The position numbers and the translations under genes are program-made. This document shows, piece by piece, positions 23,767-36,789 of a stretch of DNA of 64,000 nucleotides. The DNA is from Escherichia coli. GTDB lineage: Bacteria; Pseudomonadota; Gammaproteobacteria; Enterobacterales; Enterobacteriaceae. The stretch is from NCBI RefSeq assembly GCF_051903065.1, contig NZ_CP178438.1. One strand, 5' to 3'. Positions within the stretch are counted from its first letter, which is position 1. Every line of letters starts with the position of its first letter. The notes beneath the pieces are model-generated. The model saw nothing but the letters and a program-made list of their open reading frames with translations, had not been told where the DNA came from and made no database searches.

Positions 23767-24069
23767 ATGAGAAACTCACTAATATTACTTATTATGATAT
23801 TGTTTACAATATCACACTCAGTATTTGGAAAAGAAAATCCAGTGGAAATTTTAGTAAATAGTTGTGAAATGGCTTTGGAATTATCATATGTTTACATTAA
23901 ATATGTATACGGGAAAGAAAAAGCAGAATTTCAGAAACCATATAGTATTACAGATGACAATAATTGTTGGAAAATCGAGGGAAAACAACCGAAGACTTTA
24001 GGAGGAAATTTTACAATACTAATAGCGAAAAAAGATGGGCAAGTGTTGAATGTAATACACACGAAATAA
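23767..24069 (+). CDS. putative orphan immunity protein (small, signal-peptide-bearing)
   Basis: 100-aa AT-rich ORF, N-terminus MRNSLILLIMILFTISHSVFG is signal-peptide-like; directly follows the toxin remnant. Confidence 0.45.
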   Translation: MRNSLILLIMILFTISHSVFGKENPVEILVNSCEMALELSYVYIKYVYGKEKAEFQKPYSITDDNNCWKIEGKQPKTLGGNFTILIAKKDGQVLNVIHTK

Positions 24070-24489
24070 TCCACTGTACAGTCGATTCAAATATTTTACC
24101 AAGGTGTGTTTCGTAACAATTTTGTGTACAATATGACTCTACATATCGACGAAAAAACCACTTGATTTGACAGGAACACATTCAAAAAAATTTCTTTTTT
24201 TCATTTCAGGAGCGATTTTCATCTGTTACTTGAAGTATCTGTGAGATTAAGTGACTCCCCCTAACGTCGTACTAAATAGTAATTACTGGCCATACCGGGA
24301 GCAGTATTCGGCGCTCCCCACATGCAGCAGAATAACCGCATCAGCCAGGGAAAGATCATCAAAAGTTCACTTTTTGCACTAAATAATTCGCATTTTATGT
24401 TTAAAAATTGAGATATTCCTTATTACCTAAAGCTGTTTTTTATTGCTTATACATGATCAAATACTCCTTACATAATTAAGGAGAACAAA

Positions 24490-25625
24490 ATGGAACTTAA
24501 AAAATTGATGGAACATATTTCTATTATCCCTGATTACAGACAAGCCTGGAAAGTGGAGCATAAATTATCGGATATTCTACTGTTGACTATTTGTGCCGTT
24601 ATTTCTGGTGCAGAAGGCTGGGAAGATATAGAGGATTTTGGGGGAACACATCTCGATTTTTTGAAGCAATATGGTGATTTTGAAAATGGTATTCCTGTCC
24701 ACGATACCATTGCCAGAGTTGTATCCTGTATCAGTCCTGCAAAATTTCACGAGTGCTTTATTAACTGGATGCGTGACTGCCATTCTTCAAATGATAAAGA
24801 CGTCATTGCAATTGATGGAAAAACACTCCGGCATTCTTATGACAAGAGTCGCCGCAGGGGAGCGATTCATGTCATTAGTGCGTTCTCAACAATGCACAGT
24901 CTGGTCATCGGACAGATCAAGACAGATGAGAAATCTAATGAGATCACAGCTATCCCTGAACTTCTTAACATGCTGGATATTAAAGGAAAAATTATCACAA
25001 CTGATGCGATTGGTTGCCAGAAAGATATCGCAGAGAAGATACAAAAACAGGGCGGTGATTATTTATTCGCTGTAAAAGGAAATCAGGGGCGGCTTAATAA
25101 AGCCTTTGAGGAAAAATTTCCACTGAAAGAATTAAATAATCCAGAGCATGACAGTTACGCAATGAGTGAAAGAGTCACGGCAGAGAAGAGATCCGTCTTC
25201 ATAATGTTTGCGATGTCCCTGATGAACTTATTGATTTCACGTTTGAATGGAAAGGGCTGAAGAAATTATGCGTGGCAGTCTCCTTTCGGTCCATAATAGC
25301 AGAACAAAAGAAAGAGCCAGAAATGACGGTCAGATATTATATCAGTTCTGCTGATTTAACCGCAGAGAAGTTCGCCACAGCAATCCGAAACCACTGGCAC
25401 GTGGAGAATAAGCTGCACTGGCGTCTGGACGTGGTAATGAATGAAGACGACTGCAAAATAAGAAGAGGAAATGCAGCAGAATTATTTTCAGGGATACGGC
25501 ACATTGCTATTAATATTTTGACGAATGATAAGGTATTCAAGGCAGGGTTAAGACGTAAGATGCGAAAAGCAGCCATGGACAGAAACTATCTGGCGTCAGT
25601 CCTTGCGGGGAGCGGGCTTTCGTAA
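24490..25625 (+). pseudogene. ISAs1-family (H-repeat-associated) transposase, disrupted by a frameshift between 25260 and 25272
   Basis: Two adjacent ORFs (24490-25260, 256 aa, frame 1; 25272-25625, 117 aa, frame 3) that together total about 378 aa, the size of an H-repeat/ISAs1 transposase (N-terminus [51 protein letters not shown]); similar to K-12 ybfD/ybfL as I recall them. Confidence 0.75.
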
Positions 25626-25637
25626 TCTTGCCCTGGA

Positions 25638-25895
25638 ATGCTGACAGATAAGAATGATTGTGCCAGAATTGAAGCTATAAGCGGACTGGCAGAAAGAAAA
25701 GATAATCGTGTTATAACTGCTATAATTTATGAACTGCAAAAAAACATAATTTTTGATGAAGTTATTATTTTGGCAGGTATTTTAGGTGATATTAAACTAC
25801 ATCCTATTCAAAAAAATATATTAAATGAATTTAATGATGAGGATGTCATTGGCAATATAAAGTCAGCAATACAACAAATTATAAAATATAATTGA
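25638..25895 (+). CDS. hypothetical protein fragment with HEAT/PBS-lyase-like repeat pattern
   Basis: 85-aa AT-rich ORF immediately after the H-repeat element; repeat-like …ARIEAISGLAERKDNRVITAIIYEL… pattern; likely a remnant. Confidence 0.3.
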   Translation: MLTDKNDCARIEAISGLAERKDNRVITAIIYELQKNIIFDEVIILAGILGDIKLHPIQKNILNEFNDEDVIGNIKSAIQQIIKYN

Positions 25896-26068
25896 TGGTG
25901 AAATATGCAGCGGTACTACCAATCGGTCAAGTATTCGCTGCTTTGATGATGATGTAAAATGATTGTTTTTGAACTGGATATAACAGCTTGGTAGGGAAGA
26001 AAGCATAACCCCACAAAATTCATTTACCATCGTCTACACTTACTCCTGTAAACCGTTCAGGAGCAGTA

Positions 26069-26578
26069 ATGAATCTACAACGATTTGATGACAGCACCCT
26101 TATCCGCATTTTTGCTTTGCAGGAGTTACACCGTCTTAAAGAGCGAGGCTTAACGCGCGGGGCGCTCAACGATTATCACAGCCGCTATAAACTCGTCTTT
26201 CTGGCTCATTCCCAGCCGGAATACCGCAAACTTGGCCCGTTCGTGGCTGATATTCACCAGTGGCAAAATCTGGATGACTATTATAACCAGTACCGCCAAC
26301 GCGTAGTTGTTTTGCTTTCTCACCCCGCCAACCGACGTGACCACACCAACGTTTTGATGCACGTTCAGGGTTATTTTCGCCCGCATATTGATTCCACAGA
26401 ACGCCAGCAGCTGGCAGCGCTTATCGACAGTTATCGCCGTGGCGAGCAACCGCTTCTTGCGCCGCTGATGCGTATCAAACACTATATGGCGCTTTATCCT
26501 GACGCCTGGCTTTCAGGGCAGCGTTATTTCGAACTTTGGCCGCGTGTGATTAACTTGCGCCATTCAGGAGTTTTATGA
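26069..26578 (+). CDS. ybgA: DUF1722 protein YbgA
   Basis: 169-aa ORF directly upstream of phr with a 4-nt overlap (ATGA). Confidence 0.8.
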   Translation: MNLQRFDDSTLIRIFALQELHRLKERGLTRGALNDYHSRYKLVFLAHSQPEYRKLGPFVADIHQWQNLDDYYNQYRQRVVVLLSHPANRRDHTNVLMHVQGYFRPHIDSTERQQLAALIDSYRRGEQPLLAPLMRIKHYMALYPDAWLSGQRYFELWPRVINLRHSGVL

Positions 26579-27993
26579 CTACTCATCTGGTCTGGTTTCG
26601 CCAGGATTTACGTCTGCACGATAATCTCGCGCTGGCTGCCGCCTGCCGCAATTCGTCTGCACGCGTGCTGGCGTTGTATATCGCTACACCACGCCAGTGG
26701 GCGGCGCATAATATGTCGCCGCGTCAGGCTGAACTTATCAATGCTCAACTGAACGGGCTACAAATCGCGCTGGCGGAAAAAGGTATTCCTTTATTGTTCC
26801 GTGAAGTGGATGACTTTGCCGCCAGCGTCGAAATAATTAAACAGGTGTGCGCGGAAAACAGCGTTACTCATCTTTTTTATAACTATCAGTATGAGGTGAA
26901 TGAGCGGGCGCGGGATGTGGAAGTTGAAAGAGCGCTGCGTAACGTGGTGTGTGAAGGATTTGATGACAGCGTGATCCTGCCGCCTGGCGCGGTGATGACC
27001 GGCAATCATGAGATGTACAAAGTCTTTACGCCTTTTCAAAATGCCTGGCTGAAACGGCTGCGGGAAGGGATGCCGGAGTGCGTCGCTGCACCAAAAGTTC
27101 GTAGTAGCGGATCGATAAAGCCCGCGCCATCCATTACGCTGAATTATCCTCGTCAGTCTTTCGATACTGCGCATTTCCCGGTGGAAGAAAAAGCGGCGAT
27201 TGCACAATTACGCCAGTTTTGCCAGAACGGTGCCGGAGAGTATGAGCAACAACGAGATTTTCCGGCAGTGGAAGGCACCAGCCGTTTGTCCGCCAGCCTG
27301 GCAACGGGCGGGTTATCACCTCGCCAGTGTTTGCATCGCCTGTTGGCGGAACAGCCGCAGGCGCTGGACGGTGGGGCCGGTAGTGTCTGGCTTAGTGAGC
27401 TGATCTGGCGCGAGTTCTACCGTCATCTGATGACGTATTACCCCTCGTTGTGTAAACATTGTCCGTTTATTGCCTGGACGGATCGTGTGCAGTGGCAGAG
27501 CAATCCCGCACATTTACAGGCCTGGCAGGAAGGCAAAACGGGATACCCGATTGTCGATGCTGCCATGCGTCAGCTTAACAGCACTGGCTGGATGCATAAC
27601 AGGCTACGGATGATTACAGCCAGTTTTCTGGTGAAAGATTTGTTGATCGACTGGCGCGAAGGCGAGCGATATTTCATGTCGCAGCTGATTGATGGTGATT
27701 TGGCAGCCAATAACGGTGGCTGGCAGTGGGCGGCTTCTACGGGTACTGATGCAGCGCCGTATTTTCGTATTTTCAACCCGACAACCCAGGGCGAGAAATT
27801 TGACCGCGAAGGCGAGTTTATCCGCCAGTGGCTACCGGAACTGCGCGATGTGCCAGGGAAAGTGGTGCATGAGCCGTGGAAGTGGGCTGAGAAAGCAGGT
27901 GTGAAGCTGGATTATCCGCAACCGATAGTCGAGCACAAAGAGGCGAGAGTACAAACGTTGGCAGCGTATGAGGCGGCGCGGAAGGGGAAATAA
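26575..27993 (+). CDS. phr: deoxyribodipyrimidine photolyase
   Basis: 472-aa ORF, N-terminus MTTHLVWFRQDLRLHDNLALAAA and FAD-binding C-terminal region (…WREFYRHL…NGGWQWAASTG…) typical of class I CPD photolyase. Confidence 0.9.
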   Translation: MTTHLVWFRQDLRLHDNLALAAACRNSSARVLALYIATPRQWAAHNMSPRQAELINAQLNGLQIALAEKGIPLLFREVDDFAASVEIIKQVCAENSVTHLFYNYQYEVNERARDVEVERALRNVVCEGFDDSVILPPGAVMTGNHEMYKVFTPFQNAWLKRLREGMPECVAAPKVRSSGSIKPAPSITLNYPRQSFDTAHFPVEEKAAIAQLRQFCQNGAGEYEQQRDFPAVEGTSRLSASLATGGLSPRQCLHRLLAEQPQALDGGAGSVWLSELIWREFYRHLMTYYPSLCKHCPFIAWTDRVQWQSNPAHLQAWQEGKTGYPIVDAAMRQLNSTGWMHNRLRMITASFLVKDLLIDWREGERYFMSQLIDGDLAANNGGWQWAASTGTDAAPYFRIFNPTTQGEKFDREGEFIRQWLPELRDVPGKVVHEPWKWAEKAGVKLDYPQPIVEHKEARVQTLAAYEAARKGK

Positions 27994-28021
27994 CAGACGC
28001 GTCAGGCAATTGAGCCCAGAT

Positions 28022-28127
28022 GCCGGATGCGGCGTGAACGCCTTATCCAGCCTACAAATTTGTGCAAATTCAATAAATTGCAGGAAATACGTAGGCCTGA
28101 TAAGACGCGTCAAGCGTCGCATCAGGC
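28022..28127. repeat. BIME: two REP palindromes with AT-rich linker
   Basis: gccggatgcggcgtgaacgccttatccagcctac … gtaggcctgataagacgcgtcaagcgtcgcatcaggc. Confidence 0.7.
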
Positions 28128-28142
28128 ATCGGTGCTGGCCTA

Positions 28143-29807
<1,665 letters not shown>

Positions 29808-29894
29808 TTAATATGTCAAAAGATTGGCTATCGACGAACAGGCGAGGTAACGCTATGTTAACGGTGTAGCTATCAGAATACGGAAGGCGCGAAG

Positions 29895-30638
29895 ATGAAA
29901 AACACCGAACTGGAACAACTGATTAACGAAAAACTGAACAGCGCGGCGATTAGTGATTACGCGCCGAATGGTTTGCAGGTGGAAGGCAAAGAGACGGTGC
30001 AAAAAATTGTTACCGGTGTCACTGCCAGCCAGGCTTTGCTCGATGAGGCAGTGCGTCTGGGCGCGGATGCGGTCATTGTGCATCATGGCTACTTCTGGAA
30101 AGGCGAATCTCCGGTCATTCGCGGCATGAAGCGTAACCGTTTAAAAACGTTGCTGGCGAATGATATCAACCTGTATGGCTGGCATTTGCCGCTTGACGCA
30201 CATCCTGAGCTGGGCAATAACGCACAGCTGGCGGCGTTACTGGGGATTACGGTCATGGGCGAAATTGAGCCGTTGGTGCCGTGGGGCGAACTGACCATGC
30301 CTGTGCCGGGACTGGAGCTGGCTTCCTGGATTGAAGCGCGTCTGGGACGTAAGCCGTTATGGTGTGGCGATACCGGACCTGAGGTGGTCCAGCGCGTCGC
30401 CTGGTGCACGGGCGGCGGGCAAAGTTTTATCGATAGCGCCGCGCGTTTTGGCGTGGATGCTTTTATTACTGGCGAAGTTTCTGAACAGACCATTCATTCA
30501 GCCCGCGAGCAGGGATTGCATTTTTATGCTGCAGGTCACCATGCCACTGAACGCGGTGGTATTCGCGCATTGAGCGAGTGGCTGAATGAAAATACCGATC
30601 TTGATGTGACCTTTATTGATATTCCTAATCCTGCATAA
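29895..30638 (+). CDS. ybgI: Nif3-family metal-binding protein (GTP cyclohydrolase 1 type 2 homolog)
   Basis: 247-aa ORF; His-rich metal-binding motifs (…VHHGYFWKG…, …AAGHHATE…). Confidence 0.85.
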   Translation: MKNTELEQLINEKLNSAAISDYAPNGLQVEGKETVQKIVTGVTASQALLDEAVRLGADAVIVHHGYFWKGESPVIRGMKRNRLKTLLANDINLYGWHLPLDAHPELGNNAQLAALLGITVMGEIEPLVPWGELTMPVPGLELASWIEARLGRKPLWCGDTGPEVVQRVAWCTGGGQSFIDSAARFGVDAFITGEVSEQTIHSAREQGLHFYAAGHHATERGGIRALSEWLNENTDLDVTFIDIPNPA

Positions 30639-30660
30639 CGAATAATCAGAGGGATCGAAA

Positions 30661-31317
30661 GTGCAACGAGCGCGTTGTTATCTGATAGGTGAAACGGCGG
30701 TAGTGCTGGAACTGGAACCGCCGGTGACGCTGGCTAGCCAGAAACGGATCTGGCGACTGGCGCAGCGTCTGGTGGATATGCCGAATGTGGTTGAAGCCAT
30801 TCCCGGCATGAACAATATCACGGTGATTTTGCGTAATCCTGAGTCGCTGGCGCTGGATGCCATAGAGCGTTTGCAACGCTGGTGGGAGGAGAGCGAGGCC
30901 CTGGAACCTGAGTCCCGCTTTATTGAAATTCCGGTGGTTTACGGTGGTGCAGGCGGACCGGATTTGGCGGTGGTCGCGGCGCATTGCGGGTTGAGCGAAA
31001 AACAGGTTGTTGAATTGCACTCCTCCGTGGAATACGTGGTCTGGTTTTTAGGTTTTCAACCGGGCTTCCCGTATCTCGGGAGTTTGCCGGAACAACTACA
31101 CACGCCACGGCGCGCTGAACCGCGCTTGCTCGTTCCGGCAGGTTCTGTCGGGATCGGCGGACCGCAGACTGGTGTTTATCCGCTGGCAACGCCGGGTGGC
31201 TGGCAGTTGATTGGTCATACCTCACTCAGCCTGTTTGATCCGGCGCGTGACGAACCCATCTTATTACGTCCGGGAGACAGCGTGCGCTTTGTACCGCAAA
31301 AGGAGGGAGTATGCTGA
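30661..31317 (+). CDS. pxpB: 5-oxoprolinase subunit B
   Basis: 218-aa ORF with GTG start; first gene of the ybgJ-ybgK-ybgL cluster with overlapping stops/starts. Confidence 0.8.
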
Positions 31318-32243
31318 AGATTATTCGTGCGGGCATGTATACCACTGTGCAAGATGGCGGTCGTCACGGTTTTCGCCAGTCGGGTATCAGCCACTGCGGC
31401 GCACTGGATATGCCTGCGTTACGCATTGCTAACCTGCTGGTGGGTAATGACGCCAATGCCCCCGCGCTGGAGATCACGCTCGGTCAGTTAACGGTTGAGT
31501 TCGAAACTGATGGGTGGTTTGCTCTGACGGGTGCCGGTTGCGAAGCGCGGCTGGATGATAATGCCGTCTGGACCGGCTGGCGATTGCCGATGAAAGCAGG
31601 CCAGCGTTTAACGCTTAAACGCCCGCAGCACGGGATGCGCAGTTATCTGGCTGTCGCGGGTGGTATTGATGTTCCGCCGGTAATGGGGTCATGCAGCACC
31701 GATCTCAAAGTGGGGATTGGCGGGCTGGAAGGCCGTTTACTGAAGGATGGTGACCGACTCCCGATTGGCAAATCGAAGCGTGATTTTATGGAAGCGCAGG
31801 GCGTTAAACAGCTGCTGTGGGGCAACCGCATTCGCGCCTTGCCGGGGCCGGAATATCATGAGTTCGATCGCGCCTCGCAGGATGCATTCTGGCGTTCGCC
31901 CTGGCAGCTTAGCCCGCAAAGTAACCGCATGGGCTATCGCTTACAGGGGCAAATTTTAAAACGCACCACCGATCGCGAACTGTTATCTCACGGTTTGTTA
32001 CCGGGCGTGGTGCAGGTGCCGCATAACGGGCAGCCCATTGTGTTGATGAACGATGCACAGACCACCGGTGGTTACCCGCGTATTGCCTGTATCATTGAGG
32101 CTGATATGTACCATCTGGCGCAAATTCCGCTCGGTCAGCCGATTCATTTTGTCCAGTGTTCACTGGAAGAGGCACTGAAAGCGCGGCAAGATCAGCAACG
32201 TTATTTCGAACAATTAGCGTGGCGGCTGCACAATGAAAATTGA
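31311..32243 (+). CDS. pxpC: 5-oxoprolinase subunit C
   Basis: 310-aa ORF overlapping pxpB and pxpA; allophanate-hydrolase-subunit-2-like. Confidence 0.8.
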
Positions 32244-32967
32244 CCTGAACGCCGATCTGGGCGAAGGCTGCACCAGCGACGCAGAGCTATTAACGCTGGT
32301 TTCCTCTGCCAATATTGCCTGTGGATTTCATGCAGGCGATGCGCAAACCATACAGGCTTGCGTGCGTGAAGCAATAAAAAATGGTGTCGCGATTGGCGCT
32401 CATCCGAGTTTTCCCGACAGGGAAAATTTTGGTCGCAGCGCTATGCAGCTGCCGCCAGAAACCGTTTACGCCCAGACGCTGTATCAAATTGGCGCGCTGG
32501 CAACGATTGCCCGTGCGCAAGGCGGCGTAATGCGTCATGTCAAACCGCACGGCATGTTGTACAACCAGGCGGCGAAAGAAGCACAACTGGCAGACGCCAT
32601 CGCCAGAGCGGTATACGCTTGCGATCCAGCATTGGTTCTCGTTGGGCTGGCAGGAAGCGAGCTGATTCGTGCAGGCAAGCAATATGGCCTGACAACGCGC
32701 GAGGAAGTGTTTGCCGATCGCGGTTATCAGGCTGACGGCTCGCTGGTGCCGCGAAGCCAGTCAGGCGCGTTGATTGAAAACGAAGAACAGGCGCTGGCGC
32801 AAACGTTGGAGATGGTGCAACACGGCAGAGTCAAAAGTATCACCGGCGAATGGGCAACGGTCACGGCGCAAACGGTCTGCCTGCATGGCGACGGCGAGCA
32901 CGCACTGGCGTTCGCCCGCCGACTACGCTCTGCATTTGCCGAAAAGGGGATTGTTGTCGCAGCATAA
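32233..32967 (+). CDS. pxpA: 5-oxoprolinase subunit A (LamB/YcsF family)
   Basis: 244-aa [23 protein letters not shown]… (LamB/YcsF N-terminal signature). Confidence 0.85.
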   Translation: MKIDLNADLGEGCTSDAELLTLVSSANIACGFHAGDAQTIQACVREAIKNGVAIGAHPSFPDRENFGRSAMQLPPETVYAQTLYQIGALATIARAQGGVMRHVKPHGMLYNQAAKEAQLADAIARAVYACDPALVLVGLAGSELIRAGKQYGLTTREEVFADRGYQADGSLVPRSQSGALIENEEQALAQTLEMVQHGRVKSITGEWATVTAQTVCLHGDGEHALAFARRLRSAFAEKGIVVAA

Positions 32968-33002
32968 CCCCGATTAATAAAGAATGAAAAAAGGATATCA
33001 CC

Positions 33003-33794
33003 ATGCCTGAAGGCCCGGAGATCCGCCGTGCAGCGGATAACCTGGAGGCGGCGATCAAAGGCAAACCACTAACTGATGTCTGGTTTGCCTTCCCGCAGTT
33101 AAAAACTTATCAATCACAACTTATCGGTCAACACGTTACCCATGTGGAAACGCGTGGTAAGGCGTTGTTAACTCATTTTTCCAACGACTTAACGCTCTAC
33201 AGCCATAATCAGCTTTATGGCGTCTGGCGCGTGGTTGATACCGGCGAAGAGTCGCAGACCACGCGAGTATTGCGGGTAAAACTGCAAACGGCTGACAAAA
33301 CCATTCTGCTTTATAGCGCCTCGGATATTGAGATGTTGACCCCGGAACAACTGACCACGCATCCGTTTTTACAACGCGTTGGTCCCGATGTGCTGGATCC
33401 GAATCTGACGCCGGAGGTGGTAAAGGAACGATTATTGTCGCCGCGCTTTCGTAACCGTCAGTTTGCTGGATTACTGCTCGATCAGGCGTTTCTGGCAGGA
33501 CTTGGCAATTATTTGCGGGTGGAGATCCTCTGGCAGGTTGGGTTGACTGGAAATCATAAAGCGAAAGACCTCAATGCGGCGCAACTGGATGCACTCGCAC
33601 ACGCGTTACTGGATATTCCTCGGTTTTCTTACGCTACGCGGGGGCAGGTGGATGAGAATAAGCATCATGGGGCGCTGTTTCGCTTTAAGGTTTTTCATCG
33701 TGATGGCGAACTGTGCGAACGCTGTGGCGGCATCATTGAGAAAACCACGCTGTCATCTCGCCCGTTTTACTGGTGTCCGGGCTGCCAGCACTAG
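33003..33794 (+). CDS. nei: endonuclease VIII (Fpg/Nei family DNA glycosylase)
   Basis: 263-aa ORF beginning MPEGPEIRR (catalytic N-terminal Pro) and ending with zinc finger C-X2-C-X16-C-X2-C (…CERCGG…CPGCQH). Confidence 0.9.
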   Translation: MPEGPEIRRAADNLEAAIKGKPLTDVWFAFPQLKTYQSQLIGQHVTHVETRGKALLTHFSNDLTLYSHNQLYGVWRVVDTGEESQTTRVLRVKLQTADKTILLYSASDIEMLTPEQLTTHPFLQRVGPDVLDPNLTPEVVKERLLSPRFRNRQFAGLLLDQAFLAGLGNYLRVEILWQVGLTGNHKAKDLNAAQLDALAHALLDIPRFSYATRGQVDENKHHGALFRFKVFHRDGELCERCGGIIEKTTLSSRPFYWCPGCQH

Positions 33795-34837
33795 GCCGTA
33801 CGTTTCGGCGCATAGGTTGAAATAAACCGCGCAATGGCAGGCCCTGTCAGCAAAATACTGAACAGGCGCAGGGTTTGCATCGCCATAATGAGCGCCATAT
33901 TGGCATTGCTCCCTGCGGCGATGACCGCCACGGTATCAAGCCCGCCGGGGCTGGTGGCGAGGTAGGCAGTCATAAAATCAATGTGCATAAACCGGGTCAG
34001 TCCCCACGCCATACCCGCACAAATAGCCAGCAGAGCAAAAATCGACAGCAGGGTTTGTGGTAGCGGGCGTAGTGCCCGCAGTAAGATTTGTTTATCGAAA
34101 CCAAGACCAATCCGCCAGCCAATTGCCATATACGCCATCGCCAGCAGCCATTCCGGTAGTTCGATGGTGATGAGCTGACCAGACTGGAGCACTGCGCCCG
34201 CCAGCATCGGGATGAGCATCGTGCCGGAAGGAAGACGCAGCAGGCATCCCACTGTACCGGCAACGACCGCGAGCAAAATAGTAAGCAGGAGATTAATGCT
34301 CACTGGCGGGAACCAGACGATATGCTGGTTAACCGCTTCAGCGTTATCGCCCAGCATCATTCGCGTGACCAGAACTGCGGCCCCCGCGACAAACAGCACT
34401 CGCAGATACTGCATAAACGCCACCAGGCGGATATCTGCGCCGTAATCCTGCGCCATCGCGACCATTGCCGCAGCCCCGCCAGGCGAGGAGCCCCAGGCAC
34501 CAGTATTTCCGGGCAGTGAGCTATAGCGCACCAGTAGCCATCCCACGATAGCGCTGGAAAGCAACGTCACCAGTAAAATAGCTAACACAATCGGCCAGTT
34601 AACCGCCAGCGTGGTCAGGATCGAACCGGTCAAGTTTTGCGCAATCATGCAGCCAAGAATGGCCTGCGCGGCGAGAAAAGCGGAGCGGGGGAGTTGCAGG
34701 GTAACCCCGCGCATACTGAAGATGATCCCGGCGATCATCGGCCCAAGTAATAATGCCGCCGGGAGATGTACCGCGAGGAAACCAATAGAAAGGAGAAGTG
34801 ATAGCACACATAACATTCCCCACTGCAAAACTGGCAT
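33791..34837 (-). CDS. abrB: AbrB-family membrane protein (putative regulator/transporter)
   Basis: Polytopic membrane ORF; start placed at internal Met [12 protein letters not shown]…, while the track ORF extends to 34882. Confidence 0.75.
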   Translation of the reverse strand: MPVLQWGMLCVLSLLLSIGFLAVHLPAALLLGPMIAGIIFSMRGVTLQLPRSAFLAAQAILGCMIAQNLTGSILTTLAVNWPIVLAILLVTLLSSAIVGWLLVRYSSLPGNTGAWGSSPGGAAAMVAMAQDYGADIRLVAFMQYLRVLFVAGAAVLVTRMMLGDNAEAVNQHIVWFPPVSINLLLTILLAVVAGTVGCLLRLPSGTMLIPMLAGAVLQSGQLITIELPEWLLAMAYMAIGWRIGLGFDKQILLRALRPLPQTLLSIFALLAICAGMAWGLTRFMHIDFMTAYLATSPGGLDTVAVIAAGSNANMALIMAMQTLRLFSILLTGPAIARFISTYAPKRTA

Positions 34838-34985
34838 CCTTTGCTCCCTCATTATTTTCTCTTTGGTGTATCGATACAGCATAAAGAATGCCGGGCATGG
34901 AAAAAATAACGGTAATCAATAAAAGCCGGAAAATTGGCAATTAACCGAAGAAGCCCTCTCCGGCTGGAAAGGGCAATAGGCTAAA

Positions 34986-36047
34986 TCAGTTGTAGTTAAT
35001 TTTGAAAAGTACCACTGTATCAAAGGGACCAACGTCGATGGGCGTACCCGGCGTGGATGACAATTCTGCCGTGTAGGTTTTTTCATACACTAACAGGTCG
35101 CTGGTAAAATCGGCATACTCACTGTATTTGTTGAAAGTATAGGGTGAGGCATTTTCATCCAACAATCGAAGCTTCAGGCCATTGCCAATGAGCAGTGATT
35201 TATCTTCGTCGATAAGGGTTTCATCGGTATAAAACGAAGAGCTGACTTTAAAACCGTCGGTACACTGGTCGTTTTGTGATTTGGTTGTAGTTATTTTAAA
35301 TTGCTGCGACATCGTATGGCGACGAATATCCAGCACGTTAAATCGGCCAAAATCAACGACCTGGGTTTCAGGTGAGATAGCAAAGTTGACGCTGCAATCC
35401 AGCACGCGGATATTTTCCAGACCGGTAATGTGATATTTCAGATTCTTCGCGGTAGGGTCTTCGTTCACGCTGCCTGCGCCATCAAACTGTACGACGATGT
35501 AATCGCTGAGTTTGCTCTGATAATCATGGGGCGGCATGGCGCGAACTTTAACGTAAAGCCGCATACGCGCCACAAACGTCCGCGATTTGTGCATAACGGT
35601 TGGATCGCCGGAGCAAAGTTTATTTTGCCAGCCCATCGCAATGATCTGCTCCGGGGTGTAAATATCAATATTCTTACTGTCGATGCACTGATTCGTGTCG
35701 ATGCGGCTTTTCCCAAGGCTTGCGTCATAGTCCACGCCTTCATAGGTTACGCCCAATTGATAATAGGGATCCTGAATACCGGGGTAAGGGTTTACCCAGG
35801 CGTAGACGTGCTCGCTTTCAAAATTACCGTTTGTGTTGTTGTCACAGTAGACCGGAATTTTTATATCGTCAGATTCCCAGATTTTATCGCCGGGTTTGGA
35901 ATTGGCCGGAACGGCGAAGGGCATAATAGCTTCCGATTTTTCTACAGCGCCGTTTGCGGTACCAAAATAGCAGTTCAGCGCCAGCGCCGCTTTTAGCGGC
36001 AAAAAAATCAGACAGATGGCGAGCAACACGCCTTTGGCGAATCTCAT
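34986..36047 (-). CDS. ybgO: fimbrial adhesin-like protein of a chaperone-usher operon
   Basis: 353-aa ORF with signal peptide; last gene of the ybgD-Q-P-O operon. Confidence 0.75.
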   Translation of the reverse strand: MRFAKGVLLAICLIFLPLKAALALNCYFGTANGAVEKSEAIMPFAVPANSKPGDKIWESDDIKIPVYCDNNTNGNFESEHVYAWVNPYPGIQDPYYQLGVTYEGVDYDASLGKSRIDTNQCIDSKNIDIYTPEQIIAMGWQNKLCSGDPTVMHKSRTFVARMRLYVKVRAMPPHDYQSKLSDYIVVQFDGAGSVNEDPTAKNLKYHITGLENIRVLDCSVNFAISPETQVVDFGRFNVLDIRRHTMSQQFKITTTKSQNDQCTDGFKVSSSFYTDETLIDEDKSLLIGNGLKLRLLDENASPYTFNKYSEYADFTSDLLVYEKTYTAELSSTPGTPIDVGPFDTVVLFKINYN

Positions 36048-36775
36048 TTTTTATTCTCCACCGGCTGCAGGCGGCATTGCCGCTGGCAGGAGAGCGTGTT
36101 CATACGCAATGCGCCGTAGTCGTCCATGTAGCCAAGATAAAACTGCTTGCCGCTATAGCTGCCCGTGCTGGTGGTGACCGAACTGAACGGTGCGACCATC
36201 GTGCTTTTAAAGCCAGGCAGCACGCCTTTCTCATCCCGCCCAAGATAGGCAATAGTCAGATAGTATCCGGTCGGGTTTTTCAGGGTAAGCTGGTTATTCT
36301 GCTGGCTAACCTGTAGCTGTTGCTCAACATGATCGCCCATTTTTTTGCGTAATGCGGCGGGCCGCCAGAATAGCTTAATGCGACTTTGGACGGCGACTTG
36401 CAGGATCGCATGGCCCTCGCTGCCTTCCGGGACAGGCGGAATTTCACGCAGGTTATAGTAAAAGAGAGATTCGCGATCGGTGGGTAATTTCGCGGTGGCG
36501 GCTTGTTTCATGATCCGAACCTGCGAAGTCGCTTTTGGCTCCAGTCGCTGGATAGGCGGCAGGGCGACGAGAAATTCATCGCTTTTCTCTCCCTTTTCAT
36601 TTTCTATCCATGAATAGGCGAGGTAGGGGAGTTTATCGCTGCGGTTTTCCACGCGCAGGCTGGTTGCTTTATCTTTGCTATTAAAGATGATGCGCGTGCG
36701 GTCAGGCTGCACTGCGCCGTGGCTGCACATACTGGCAACCAGAAGAATCAAAGGGAATCCTTTAACAAATGTCAT
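36044..36775 (-). CDS. ybgP: periplasmic fimbrial chaperone (PapD-like)
   Basis: 243-aa ORF with signal peptide and pilus-chaperone fold signature; overlaps ybgO start. Confidence 0.8.
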   Translation of the reverse strand: MTFVKGFPLILLVASMCSHGAVQPDRTRIIFNSKDKATSLRVENRSDKLPYLAYSWIENEKGEKSDEFLVALPPIQRLEPKATSQVRIMKQAATAKLPTDRESLFYYNLREIPPVPEGSEGHAILQVAVQSRIKLFWRPAALRKKMGDHVEQQLQVSQQNNQLTLKNPTGYYLTIAYLGRDEKGVLPGFKSTMVAPFSSVTTSTGSYSGKQFYLGYMDDYGALRMNTLSCQRQCRLQPVENKK

Positions 36776-36789
36776 CGTCTTTTCCTTAA

